Counted from the stretch's first letter, positions 35,713-49,035 are shown. The stretch is 64,000 nucleotides of DNA from Octopus sinensis (GCF_006345805.1 NC_043002.1:79050001-79114000); one strand, 5' to 3'. Numbers and translations are program-made. The notes: generated from the sequence alone by a model not told the origin.

Positions 35713-36139
35713 TATCAACATCATCATCATCATTATCATTACCATCATCAGCATCATCAACAGCAGCATCATTTTTGACATAAGAAGTTTGAAAATGCAG
35801 ATGAACCGGTCCTTACAACATTACGTACTCTAGGCTATTGGTTTTAGTACGGGCGTAAATTATGCTAGAATTATCTGCAGCTGGAAATGGCTTCATTTGG
35901 TGAACATAAATATATACAGCTACGAAACTTAGTTCTGTTCTTTGTTTTTTGTTTTTTTTCGTGCTGCTTTCTCAAAATACTAACAAATTAAAGGAGGAGT
36001 AAATATCGTTAAGTTAATCAGGAGTACGCAGAAGTGAGTTGCACTTCTAGACAGTGTGAGAGAAAAGCCATCAATATTATCAAGTGATTACATATATTGA
36101 GTGCGCAATTATTTCTGATTTATGGATTAACTGATTAAC

Positions 36140-36744
36140 GAGAGTGATGAAAATCAAATATCCAATCAACATCATGGTATTTAGAATGATCACTAGTGAT
36201 GGCGACGTTATGCCTCCATACATATTCCTACACGGCCTCTCACTCAACATGGAGGCCTACATCAAGTGCCTGGAGGCGGCAGTCCTGCCCTGGGTCAAGA
36301 GGGTGTCTACTGGAAGAACCTATGTCTGGCAACAGGACTCTGCACCATGCAACACAAGCAGAAGAACCCAGTCATAGCTGTCAAACAATTTTTGCGACTA
36401 AATCACACCTAACAAATGACCACCTAACACTCCAGACTGCAAACTCCTTGATTAGTATGTGTAGAGCGCAGTTGAGCAAGAGACCAACATTTTCTCCTTG
36501 TAACACCAAAGATGACCTGAAGGCAAGGATTATGGCTGCATTCACCAACTTAAACAAGGAGACAGTCCAGAAGAATTGCAGGAGATTCTGGAGTCGTCTG
36601 GAAGCCGGGGTTGAAGCCAATGGCGATTTTATTGAATATATTTGCTCATTAGTATTTCAAGATATGTTTTTGTAATTTTGGTAAATATATCTGTTAAAGT
36701 GAAATATCGCGTAATTTGGACAACAGTTTATTCACCGCACCCTG
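36140..36744 (+). mobile_element. maT/DD37D-like transposase C-terminal fragment with right TIR
   Basis: VWQQDSAPC, degenerate WPPNSPDCNPLDY motif; ends TTCACCGCACCCTG-TA (CAGGGTG-type TIR). Confidence 0.75.
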
Positions 36745-36746
36745 TA

Positions 36747-37075
36747 TTTATTCAAAGTTTCCATCAAAGCAACCCAACATAACAGGGGCAATCTCAGAAT
36801 TATGGAAGCTGCCCTTATAAACAAATTGAGAGCAGCCACTAACAACATGAAGGAACTACACGAAGCAGACTGGTTGCTATAGCAATACCATTCCGCGCTT
36901 GTAACCTTCCTCCTTTTTGCCCTGTCGCCCCCTCCCGCCACACACAAATCTGAGCAACAGCCTTTTCCAACTACCACCGTTCCGAATGTCCTGAAGAAGG
37001 GATTTTCACCCCGAAATATAGAAATACAAGGTCTTAGTGCAAATTTGTTTTCTTTTCCTTTTGTAGTTTACTTTG
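36747..37075 (+). mobile_element. Penelope-like element 3' fragment: GIY-YIG C-terminus plus pLTR with hammerhead (36986-37025)
   Basis: Plus frame NLRIMEAALINKLRAATN resembles the end of the PLE endonuclease; then ATGTC-CTGAAGA-AGGGATTTTCACCCC-GAAATATA-GAAAT. Confidence 0.6.
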
Positions 37076-37387
37076 CACCTTCTCGTATTTTTCCAGCCTT
37101 ACACAACTATATTCTTTAAATTATACCTCACAATGCTTCAGCTAAACTACCTCATTTTAATATATATGTATGTGTGTGTGTGTATGAACTCAGGATTTAC
37201 CCATCGCGTAGAATACATTAAAATTGTTTATCTTAAATACTTGCAAATTCATCTGATGCGGTCAGACAGGACTTAGACTATACTGGAGTCCTGGAACAGT
37301 AGCAGCTTTAATATATTATCCCTGTCTATTCAATGTGTGCATACACATACACACACACATGTATATACATATCTAAAGAAATATATC

Positions 37388-37418
<31 letters not shown>

Positions 37419-37932
37419 ATACATAATTATATATTAAACTTGCACACACACACATACACACACGTACACACGCAGGTATGATAGACTCTCCCGCCGGTTT
37501 CGTCGTATGAGCATCCTATAACTTACAATTTCTTTGTCAGTCATAACGTTTATGTCGAATGTCATATTTGAGTGCCACCAAAAATTTTCAAAGAAGCCCC
37601 CAGATGTTACAAGTTTGAAGATTATGAGTGAGTGCAGGCGACATATTTCCGGCCGATTTTCTCCTATATCTAGCATCCCTAAGCCTGTTAATGCATATAA
37701 GACGGCAATGGACATTATATCATGCAAATAGATTAAGGTCACAACAATTTGTCTTCTTTTCCTTTCACTGTACTTTTCTATGAAGCTCAGCTTTTACCGT
37801 TAGGGTGTAATCGACACCCCTCTCACTAGGAAATCATCTAATTTTCTTTGTTATAGAGTCTGTTGTCTGTGCTAGTCAAGTAAATATTGTAAGTCAATGT
37901 AGAGTTAAATATTTTACTCTGAAGCAAAGTTA

Positions 37933-38272
37933 CATGGCTCAGTGTTAAGAGCGCCAGGCTCACAATCATGAGGTAGTAAGTTCGATTCCCGGACCGGGCT
38001 GTGTGTTGTGTTCGTGAGCAAGACACTTTATTTCACGTTGCTCCATTTTACTCAGCTGTAGAAATGTGTTGTGACGTCACTGGTGCCAAACTGTACCGGC
38101 ATTTGCCTTCCTCTTGGATATCATCGGTAGCATGAAGAGGGGAGGCTAGTATGCATGGACAACTGCTGGTCTTCCATAAACAACCTTGCCCAGACTTGTG
38201 CTTCGGAGGGTAAATTTTTAGGTTTAATCCCATGGTCATTCATGACTGAAGGAGGGGGTCTTTACCCTTTAC
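37933..38272 (+). mobile_element. tRNA-derived SINE (family C)
   Basis: A box TGGCTCAGTG, B box AGTTCGATTCC; second copy at 48686-49035. Confidence 0.85.
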
Positions 38273-39453
38273 TATGAAGCATAAATACTTTAATTTCAAA
38301 TGGTAATTTTATATTTATATTCACATTCCTTAGAACGTACAGAAAGCATTCCAAACAATAATAAATCTTTGTAATGTATAAGCATAAAGCAATATATTTT
38401 TCTTGTGTGATTTAAGTGTCAAGTTTTGATATTCACACCTTCTTACGCGAATTATCGATGTAAATATTACAGCTCTGTTTAGGAATCGAAACCGGGTTGG
38501 GTTATTAGCTTACGAAATAATACTACAGTACTGCAGTATGGTGCATGCCACAAGCTGTTTTGAAAGAATTGGGGGAATAGATAAAAACTTCACGAAAACA
38601 AAACCGAAAGCAAAAATAGTTTGATTCCTCGTCAGTATTTTCGAGAAAGGAAAATTCCAGATAGAATATCTTTTATTCAAACAAATCAACACTGTGTGGA
38701 AATAAAGAAAATAATATGAATAAATAAAAGACAATTGGGAGAAAAGAAAAATAATATGATAATAAACACCTTATCTTCCTATGCAGAAGATGTCGAATTT
38801 CAAGGGAGATAATCAAGTTTCATTTATACATTTTATTATATTATTTCAAGTATAGGAAATGAAAACCAAAAACAACAGAGAAGCGAAAATGTAAAATATT
38901 TTTAAAATATTCAAGACAAATATATCATTCTAAAAGAAAAAGCAAATAATGTTAAAATATGGAAGAAAAGCAGAGCTAAATGAAATAATTGTGTGTGAAT
39001 TAATTCTAATGCATGCAGAAGCTTAACAACATGGAATAAGTCGAAAGATTTATGGGTAAAGAACCATAGAAGCATTGGCTTAATTTCTCTCCAATGGAAA
39101 CCAACAGTGCTTACTGACTTCGATTTTCTGCGATACAAATTAAAAGATATAGTTTATGATGTTGCTGTTTTTTATTTTATTTCTTTTTTTTTCTATATAT
39201 TTTTTATATTTATTTTTTTCGTTTATGTTTTTTTTCATTCGACATCAAAGTAACTATTTTTATTATTTTTTTTTCCTATTCTCGTTTTCTTGCCCTTTGC
39301 CCTCCATTCAGCTTTACTTTATTTCTTTTTTTTTTGTTTCTTTCATCTTTCTTTCTATTTTTCTATATTTTTCCTTGTGTCGCTCTCTCTTTCTCGCTTA
39401 TTATTTCCCTGATTCTGTCTATCTATCTACATATTTATCCATCTATCTGTCCG

Positions 39454-39486
<33 letters not shown>

Positions 39487-39556
39487 TTACCTACTATCTA
39501 TCTACCTACCTACATATCTATCTATCTATCTATCCATCTATCTATCTATCTGTCTG

Positions 39557-39597
<41 letters not shown>

Positions 39598-39672
39598 TTA
39601 CCTATCTATCTATCTATCTATCTACCTACCTACATATCTATCTATCTATCCATCTATCTATCTATCCGTCTG

Positions 39673-39744
<72 letters not shown>

Positions 39745-40232
39745 ATCTATCTAATTCCCTATATTTTCATATTTATGCCGTTCTTGTCTTTTACACTCTC
39801 ACTCTCTCTCTCTTTGCTTCCTCTCTCCTCCCCCTGCCCTCTCTCTCTCTCTCTCTCTCTCTTTCTCCCTGTCTCTCCTTTCCTCCATTTTTCGCTCCGC
39901 CAACTTATTCTCACAATATTTATGTCCTCAGTAACATAGATATCTTTCAAATTTCCTTTCTTTTATTGATATCTACTCGTGATATCTTTCTTTTTTTTTC
40001 TTTTTCACATAATCTCTTACATACATACTTGCGTGTGTGTGTCTACATATGTGCGTGTGTGTGTCTACGTAGCATGCATGTATATACATAGCTCTGTGCA
40101 TATACATATATATGTGTTTACATATCAATATATATATGCATACATATTAACACGTGTACACACACACATACATACATATATACATACATACATACACACA
40201 CACATACGTACATACATACATACATACATACA

Positions 40233-40265
<33 letters not shown>

Positions 40266-40355
40266 GTATGCATACATATATAGATATGTATGCATATCTA
40301 TATGTATATATATGTGTGAGTGTGTATGTTTCTGTATATACGTATGTATATGTTT

Positions 40356-40392
<37 letters not shown>

Positions 40393-41082
40393 GTATATGT
40401 ATAAATATTTATGTATGTATATATGTGTGTATGTAAGTATGTATGTGTATGTGTGTATATACATATACATATATGTGTGTGTGTGTGTATGTATATCATA
40501 TATATATTATATGTATATATATTCATACATACATACATACATACATGCATACATATTTTTCCTCCATGGTTTGTATGAATTATTTGGAATCCACCTAATA
40601 TTGAATATTGTTCGTCATCATGTGGATACTCCACGTGTTCTTCAACATCAACTATATGAAGAAATTGACAAATGCCAACTCTGTATTGAAGTCGATCGAG
40701 ATGACCGACAAAATATTAAAAACACCCAACGTTGCCAGTTTGTTCGGCGATCCGATGGCCAATTCCTGCTTGACTGTCTATTAGCCTATCATCCTCCCAA
40801 ACATCATCATTCTGAGTGTCGGTGTCTGCCAATGTTTCTTAACCAGAGCTTACACAATCCTTGTTGTTTCTATAAGGTTTTGAGGATTCACACATGCAAA
40901 ATAGTTGAATGGAAAGCCGCAGTAGCATGTCAAAAATCCATGGAAGCATTTTGTAATAGAAATTTCTATTGCCAGAAACAGTAAAGTCTCTTTCTCTGAT
41001 GTTTTACATAGTTTAACATATTTCGAGCGACTGAAAAGCTTTTTTTTTTTTCGGGACGTACTATTGCAAACTTACACAAGTA

Positions 41083-41513
41083 AGCTTAGGAGTAGCTGTG
41101 TGTTAAGTAGCTTCCTTACGAACCACATGGTTCTGGGTTCAGTTTCACAGCGTGGCACCTTGGGCGAGTGTCTTCTACTATAGCCTAGAGCCGACCAAAG
41201 CCTCGTGAGCGGATTGAGTAGGCGGAAACTGAAAGAAGCCCGTCGTATATATGTATATACATACATATATATAAATATAGGTATGTATGTGTGTGTATAT
41301 GTTTGTGTGTCTGTGTTTGTCCCCTCAACATCGCTTGACAACCGATGCTGGTGTGTTTACATGCCCATAACTTGGCAGATCGGCAAAGGAGACCGATAGA
41401 ATAAGTACTGGGCTTACAAAGAATAAGTCCTGGGGATGATTTGCTCGATTAAAGGCGGTGCTCCAGTATGACCACAGTCAAATGGCTGAAACAAATAAAA
41501 GAGTAAAAGAGTA
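41083..41513 (+). mobile_element. SINE family A, full length
   Basis: Collinear with 22105-22511. Confidence 0.9.
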
Positions 41514-43350
41514 AGTGATCGTGTGAGAAACAAAATAGGGGTTTTGAAGGAAGTACCTAAGAAATTAGTTTTTATAGGTTATCGAATGGTTATGGGGGGG
41601 GATGTCCACCAAAATAAAATAGTAATCAAAGAGATTCATCGATAAAACATGGTTGAGAACACATTATTGACGTCCACGATCATCATGTTCATAGTGTTGA
41701 TGATGATGATTATGATGATGACAACGACGACGACGACTCTATGAGAACATAAATCGTTTATGTTCTGTCAGACCCGGTCACAGCTTCCACCGACGCCTCC
41801 CAATATGACTACAATAACAGCAACAACTAAAAGTCTTGCCTCTTCTTGCAACCCCCTTATCACTACCACTACCACCACCACCACTACTACTACTACCATC
41901 ATTAACATGACCGTAAGTGGTGTCACGAACGTCACCAACTTAAGACTCGGACGGTGCAACGGAATATGTGAGCCTTCACCAAATCAAGTCCCAGGCAAGT
42001 GTAAATTGCGGTTGATAAATAACAAAAGACTATTCGTTGTATTATCGTTTGAATATCGCGTGTGCTGGATATCAATCATTCGGATTTATTACCAGATTAC
42101 TATTAAATTTACATAACTGATTATTATTCTCTTCTTTTTCTTGTTTTTTTTTTTTTGTTTTTTTTTTCTTCAGATTAGCAGTATGCGATTTCGTCGGTTC
42201 ATTAGATAGTCACTTTGCTTTATTGGAAGAACGTTTTACATGAGATCCATTTGCCGCGTATGGCTTGCTCAGACTTTCCATTGGTTTAGTTTAGTTTGTC
42301 GACTAATTAGAACACCCTTTAATTAAAATAACTATTCCTACATCGGATTATTGAGACATCAGATAATATTCCATGTGTTAGATAATTGCTAGATTAAATT
42401 ACTGCTTAATTGGATTATGGGTTAACATCCAAAATGTCACTTGCTCGGGAATATAAAGTAAAGTTTTTTGATTTATTATATATTAAGATTATTGGATTAT
42501 CAGATTTAGCAGTTGATCGGAAATATTACAGAGAATCAGAGCATCAATTAATTAGGATAACAGTTGATTAGATTTTCATTTAAAGGACAAACGTTGTTCA
42601 TTAAAAAAAACCCATCACATGTTGAAAATTGTCTGAGGTTTGCTAATGGGTTGGTTTATATATACCGGATAAATATTTCGTCTGTCTTTACGTTCTGAAT
42701 TCAAATTCCGCCAAGGTCGACTTTGTCTTTCATCCTTTTGGGGTCGATAAATTAAGTACCAGTTGCGTACTGATTTCGATATAATCGACAGGCGCCCACC
42801 CCGCAAAATTTCGGCCCTTGTGCCTAGAGTAGAAAAGTAAATATACCAGATAATATTTATTGCATATATGGCAGAATCTTTAGCACACCGGTCAAAAGAA
42901 TTAGCAGCATTTCATTCTGAGTTCAAATTCCGCACAGATACACACATAGATTCATGCATTACCTGCGCTAAATATTGGCTTCAAATATTGGCACAAGGCA
43001 CGGAATTTCGGTGAAGCGAGTAAATTGCTTACATCGAACCCGAAACTCGACTTTGGTCGAGGTCGATCTGACTTTTGGGTTCGATATAAATGATTTACCC
43101 GCTTCACCTTGTGCCAAAATTTGGCCTCTTTGCCAAAACTTGAAACCAGTACTTAGTGCAGATTATGCAGGTATCTATGTGCGTATTTGTAAACACACAC
43201 ACACAGGGGATCTGGATGTCTCATAATGACAGGATACGTTTTAATCGCAACTAAAATTGGAACAGATATATGTATTATGAAATGTGTCTGCTACATCACT
43301 ATGGCCACCATCTACATAACTAAGAGACAACATGCGTGTAGGTATATATA

Positions 43351-43591
43351 CAGGGTTGGCCATAAGTCACCCGACAGTAAATCAAAAATATTTTATATAT
43401 ACTTGATATTCAATTTTATTTATTCATTCCAGTTATGAATATTTAATAATTGAATGCTGTGAGTTAAAATCACCGGTTTTTTTTCAACAGTTGTCTATTT
43501 ATTAGCAAAGTTTCATATAAAATAATTTTTTGTTTTAGTCTTGGAATTGTATGGCTTCGATTTACTGTCAGGTGAATTTTGGCCAACCCTA
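43351..43591. mobile_element. Tc1/maT-type MITE (~241 bp)
   Basis: TA-CAGGGTTGGCCATAAGTCACCCGACAGTAAATC ... GATTTACTGTCAGGTGAATTTTGGCCAACCCTA inverted ends. Confidence 0.85.
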
Positions 43592-43595
43592 CATG

Positions 43596-43687
<92 letters not shown>

Positions 43688-43697
43688 CATATACATA

Positions 43698-43733
<36 letters not shown>

Positions 43734-43750
43734 TATACATATATATGTAT

Positions 43751-43782
<32 letters not shown>

Positions 43783-43802
43783 GCTATATATATATATATA
43801 AT

Positions 43803-43865
<63 letters not shown>

Positions 43866-44366
43866 GATTATCGATTAATTGTTGAATGATTAGTGACAGA
43901 GTGACACATTGGAGCCCTGTCATTTATTTTTCGATTAGAAGTCTGCATTTGACATTCAGTGGTTATAAATTTACGAGGGAAATGGCATCTTCTGGCTACC
44001 ACTTGCTCTTCATTCTTTTTAACCATCACGCGCGATATCATCATCATCACCACCACTACCACCACCACAATCATCATCACCATCATCATCATCATCATCG
44101 TAATTATCATCATAATTGTCATTATCATAATCACTATCATCATCAATATCATCATCATTACCATCACAATTATCATTATCAACATCATCATAATTGTCAT
44201 TATCATCATCATCAACATCAACATAATCATCGTCACCGTCACCGTGGCCCGTCGTCGTCAAGGTCCCCATCATCTACATTATCCCCATCGTCATCCTCGT
44301 CGTCATCATCCTAATGCAAGTAAGCATGCATGTACGTATGGATGGGTTGGATGGATGAAAGGATTT

Positions 44367-44461
44367 ACCCTCCTTCTTTCCTTCTTTCCTGAGCGTCCAA
44401 TAATACTATATTTCTTCCACGTCCTCGCGTTGTGTTTTATTGTGCTTTCTTGTTTGGATTA

Positions 44462-44466
<5 letters not shown>
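44367..44466 (+). mobile_element. 3' half of the hammerhead-bearing Penelope-type repeat
   Basis: ACCCTCCTTCTTTCC..CCTGAGCGTCCAATAATACTATATTTCTTCCACGTCCTCGCGTTG..GGATTAACTT-(TA)n matches 10145-10238. Confidence 0.8.
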
Positions 44467-44497
<31 letters not shown>

Positions 44498-44506
44498 CAT
44501 ACATAC

Positions 44507-45585
44507 AAGTATCTGTTGAACAATTCATAGGCTGACCATGGAATGTGGTCAAATGAGGTTTATTTTCCCTTGCGTTTCACACACTGCTAGAGCATTGTCC
44601 TGATGAAACAACACTCATTTCGTCAGATTGACTGGGCGTTCGGTCTTGATAACGTTTCGTAACTTCTTCAAGATGTTGGTATAGTATTCAATATTGATGG
44701 TGTGGTTCTTTTGAAGATAGTGAATAAACACAATGTCTTCTTTGGAGCTGGTTAGAAGGAGTGTTTCCACTGTATAGTTTGTCGCTTTGTCTCTGACTCA
44801 AAAGGATGAAGCCAACACTCATTGTGGGTTAAGAAACGTGCAATGAAACCATCTGGATCTGCTTCAAACTCTGTTGGATTTCCCCTTGATGTGACCAGCT
44901 TGGTGCGCTTTTGATCAGGTATCTGAAAACGTAGCACCCTCCGAACATGTTCCTTCGTCATGACAAGTTCATCGTGCAGAATATTCTCAACTCTCTCACG
45001 TAATAATCTAATAACATTGGCTGATCCATTTATAGTCAATCGCTATATGAAAATCTAATCAACTGTTATCCTAATTAATTGATGCTCTGATTCTCTGTAA
45101 CATTTCCGATCAACTGCTAAATCTGATAATCCAATAATCTTAATACCATATCATCCATCACCATGTGGTGAACACGATCAATGTATCCCTTGGTGGTGGC
45201 ATCCGCAGGATGTCCAGACCTTGGGTTATCTTCAAGACTCTCCATTCTAAATTCTCCCCTCCTAAATTCAGCTGACTATATTTGCACTGTTGATAAGCTA
45301 GAGCATCATCCCTTAATTTAGCAACAATGTCAGCACGAATACCCTTGCAGGCTAAGCCGTTTTTATGCAGGTACTTGATAACATCACGATGCCAAATTTT
45401 TGTCCAGTTTCAAGAGAAATCCTTGTTAGTTACATTTGAAGTCTTCTTTGAATAGTCAGATGTCAGTTTACCTGGAAATAAACAAGGCAGTTATTAAGAA
45501 GAATTGAAATTAACGCATGCAAGATTTCACAGCTCTAGCATCACTCCTTCGTAGTCAGCCTATGGATGTTTCAGCGCTCACTTTT
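44507..45585 (-). mobile_element. mariner deletion derivative with a 99-bp foreign insertion
   Basis: Degenerate TIRs (TTGAACAATTCATAGGCTGAC / GTCAGCCTATGGATGTTTCAG); minus frames SGHPADAT..RVHHMVMDD, RVENILHDEL, ETKRQTIQWKH, VLFHQDNA; C-terminus missing. Confidence 0.8.
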
Positions 45586-46447
45586 ATGTGTGGTGGCGCT
45601 GGTGGTGGTAGAAAAGATTTTCTCATTTGTTTACTTGGCTAATGAACATTGTTGCTAATGTAGTTGCTGTTGTCTAACACCAACCGACATAAGATCAAAG
45701 GGGTTTCCAACTGTGACAATACTGTCCTGCCTGGTAGCACATTATCAAATTTGCTCATAGAATGTGATATGAAGTAGAGGCGGTAGCATGTAACATGAAG
45801 TAGTTTACCTGCTATTTCTAGCCATCAACCGACCACATAATTTTCCTCCATGTTGTTATTACTAATATTATTGCTGCTACCACTGCTACTGCTGGTAGTG
45901 CTACTCCTACAACTGCTACTACTGCTGCTACTGCTGCTGTTCCGCTGCTATCATTGCTCCCGCTGCATCGCTGCTTCTGGTGTCGTAGTTAATGTTTATC
46001 TGAGCCATTGCTGTTACTCTTACTCTTACTACTGCTCTTAACGCTGCTGGTTCAGCAGTTGCTGCTGCTGCTGCTGTTGGTGCTGCTACTGCTTATACTG
46101 TCGCTGCTGCTGATTCAACTGCTGCTGCCGCTGCTACTGCTGCTGCCGCTGCTACTGCTACTGTCACCGCTACTGCTCTTGCTCTTTGGAATAGTGTGAA
46201 CGTTATTCGTCATGTTATTTAATTCCTTCTGAGCTGTCATAGAGCAGGCATGCCATCGGAAATGTTTCAACCGTGACCATTCTATCGATATTTCAGATTC
46301 CAGGATCCAATAACTCTTTAATGAAAAACAGTAGGGATGCGATTTAAAGGTAACTTCGCTGCTATTTCTAACATCTCCAACAGTTTTATTCAGACTCGCT
46401 CGCTCACCTCATAGTGTTATTGTTGTTCTTCATATTTAACACATGCA

Positions 46448-48125
46448 AGGCGGCGAGTTGGCAGAAACATTAGCACGCCGGGCGAAATGCTTAGCAGTGT
46501 TTCGTCTGCCGTTACGTTGTGAGTTCAAATACCGCCGAGGTCGATTTTACCTTTCATCCTTTCGGGGTCGATAAATTAAGTACCAGATGAATACTGGGGT
46601 CGATGTAATCGACTTAATCCGTTTGTCTGTCCTTGTTTGTCTTCTCTGTGTTTAGCCCCTCGTGGGTAGTAAAGAAATAGAAACAGGCATTTCGTCTGCC
46701 GCTATGTTCTGAGTTCAAATTCCGCCGAGGTCGACTTTACCTTTCATCCTTTCGGGGTCGATTAAATAAGTACCAGTTACGCACTGGGGTAGATATAATT
46801 GACTTAATCCGTTTGTCTGTCCTTGTTTGTCCTATCTATGTTTAGCCCCTTGCGGGCAATAAAGAAATAAGAAACGTGAACACGCCGGGCGAAATGCTTA
46901 GCGGTATTTCATCTGCCGTTACGTTGTGAATTCACATTCCGCCGAGGTCGACTTTGCCTTTCATTCTTTCGGGGCCGATTAAATAAGTTCCAGTTACGCA
47001 CTGGGGTCGATATAATCGATTTAATCCATTTGTCTGTCCTTGTTTGTCCTTCCTGTGTCCTTAGCCTCTTGTGGGTAGTAAAGAAATAGGTATTTCGTCT
47101 GTCTTCACGTTCTGAGTTCAAATTCCGCCGAGGTCGACTTTGCCTTTTATCCTTTCGGGGTCGATAAATTAAGTAACAGTTGCGTACTGCGGTCGACCTA
47201 ATTGACTGGTCCCCTCCCTCAAAATTTCGGGCCTTGTGCCTAGAGTAGAAAAGAATATTTAACACTTGGTTAGGGCGGCGAGATTGTAGAATCGTTACTG
47301 TGCGTAGCAAAATGTTTAGCGGCATTTCGCCCGTCTTTACGTTCTGAGTTTAAACTCCGCCGGAGTCGACTTTGCTTTTCATACTTTATGGGTTAATAAA
47401 ATAAGTACCAGTTGAACACTGGGGTTGATGTAATTGGAAACCAATATTAACCTCTGAAAGACAGTGAAATGGCAGAAAAGTTTGCGTACCGGAGAAAATT
47501 CTTAGCAACATTTCGTCCGACTTTAAATTCTAAGTTCAAATTCTGCCGATCAAATTCTGCTTCTCGTTCTTTGGAGTTCAATAAAATAAGTACCAGATGA
47601 AAACTGGGATCAATGTAAACAGCTCACCCCTCCCCTAAATTTGCTGGCTCTGTGCCAAAATTCGAAACCAATCTTAAATGTCTGGTTAAGGCGGTGAACT
47701 GGCAGAATCGTTGGTACACCGGACAAAATTCTTAAGGGCATTTCATCCGTCTTTACGCTCTGAGTTCAAATTCCACCGGGGTCGACTTTGCTTTTCATAT
47801 TTTAGGGGTCGATAAAATAAGTACCAGTTGAACACTGGGGTTGACGTAATTGACTAGCCAGCACCCTCCCCCCGATATTACTGGCCTTGTGCTAGAATTT
47901 GAAACCAGTATAAACACCTGAAAAGCAGCGAGGTGGCAGAAACGTTAGCGTGCTCAGAGGAAAATGCTTAGCACTATTTCATCCTACTTTACGTTCTGAG
48001 TTCAAATTCCGGCCAAATCTACTTTGCTATTCATCCTTTCGACATCGATAAAATATGTACCATTTGAGCACTGGGATCGGTGTAATCGACTTACTCTCCC
48101 TACCCCAAAATTGAAATCAATATTT
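46448..48125 (+). repeat. Head-to-tail array of ~8 SINE family B units
   Basis: Unit starts near 46448, 46686, 46880, 47089, 47274, 47465, 47690 and 47925; each has GAGTT.AAATTCC..GTCGACTTTG..TTTCATCC..GGGTCGATAA.ATAAGTACCAG. Confidence 0.85.
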
Positions 48126-48139
48126 AACACCTGGTCAAA

Positions 48140-48615
48140 CCTTATTGGCGTTCCGTCCGTGATGAAGATAACATGGACGCCGCTCGGGCTCGAAAGATTC
48201 CTCGAGGAACGTGAGGACGGTGTGGCTGGAAAGTGGAGCATTTTCCAATCGAAGTTGGATGCAGAGGATTTGTTGGACACAGTGTGAGACGACTGTTGTT
48301 ATCGTTAAGCCTAACTCATCATAAAGTCAATACCACCATGAGCGATATCCAAACTACAGTGGAGAAGGCTAGCCCCTGGATTTGGTTAAAAAGAGACGAT
48401 GAGCAATGGCTAGAGAAATAGTGAGCTTTATTTAATAACCAGTTGTTCTAGCAAGCGGGGCCTCATATCAGTGAGGAGGGCCGGTGCGCATTGATGCCGT
48501 CGAAAGGTAGGCCCCGAAACGGCGAGCATTCTCTCCTGATGACCTCATACACTTGCTGGCTTCCGGTATGCGGAGTTCTTGGCTGGTAGCACTTGCATGT
48601 GCAAGTTGTTTCTAA
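48140..48615 (+). mobile_element. Hero/NeSL-like 3' end, second copy
   Basis: EHFPIEVGCRGFVGHSVRRLLLSL..KASPWIWLKRDDEQW plus a 3' UTR homologous to 4110-4290. Confidence 0.8.
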
Positions 48616-48685
48616 GACAGCGATATCTAGGTCTACGTTCGTCAAATGTAAACTTCAATTTCTAAAACCGTAGTGCTTGATTGTG

Positions 48686-49035
48686 AAGCCGCATGGCGCA
48701 GTGGTTAGAGCGTCGGGCTCACAATCATGAGATAGTGAGTTCGATTCCCTGACCGGCTTGTGTGTTGCGTTCTTGAGCAAGACGCTTTATGTCGCGTTGC
48801 TCCAATTCACTCAGCCGTAGAAATGAGTTGCGGTGTCACTGGTCTCAAACTGTACCAGACTTTGCCTTTCCCTTGGATAACATCGGTAGCGTGGAGAAAG
48901 GAGGCTGGTATGCATGGACGACTACTGGTCTTCCATAAACAACCTTACCCGGACTTGTACCTGGGATGGGAACTTCCCATGGTCATTCATGAGGAAGATG
49001 GTCTGTACCCTAGTGTTCGATTTGAGGGAGTCTTT
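48686..49035 (+). mobile_element. SINE family C
   Basis: GCATGGCGCAGTGGTTAGAGCG..GAGTTCGATTCC; collinear with 37933-38272. Confidence 0.85.

Noticed and set aside
37434-37742. 102-aa minus-strand ORF in a CpG-containing island
   Set aside because: No recognisable motif, it ends in a microsatellite, and its length is compatible with chance.
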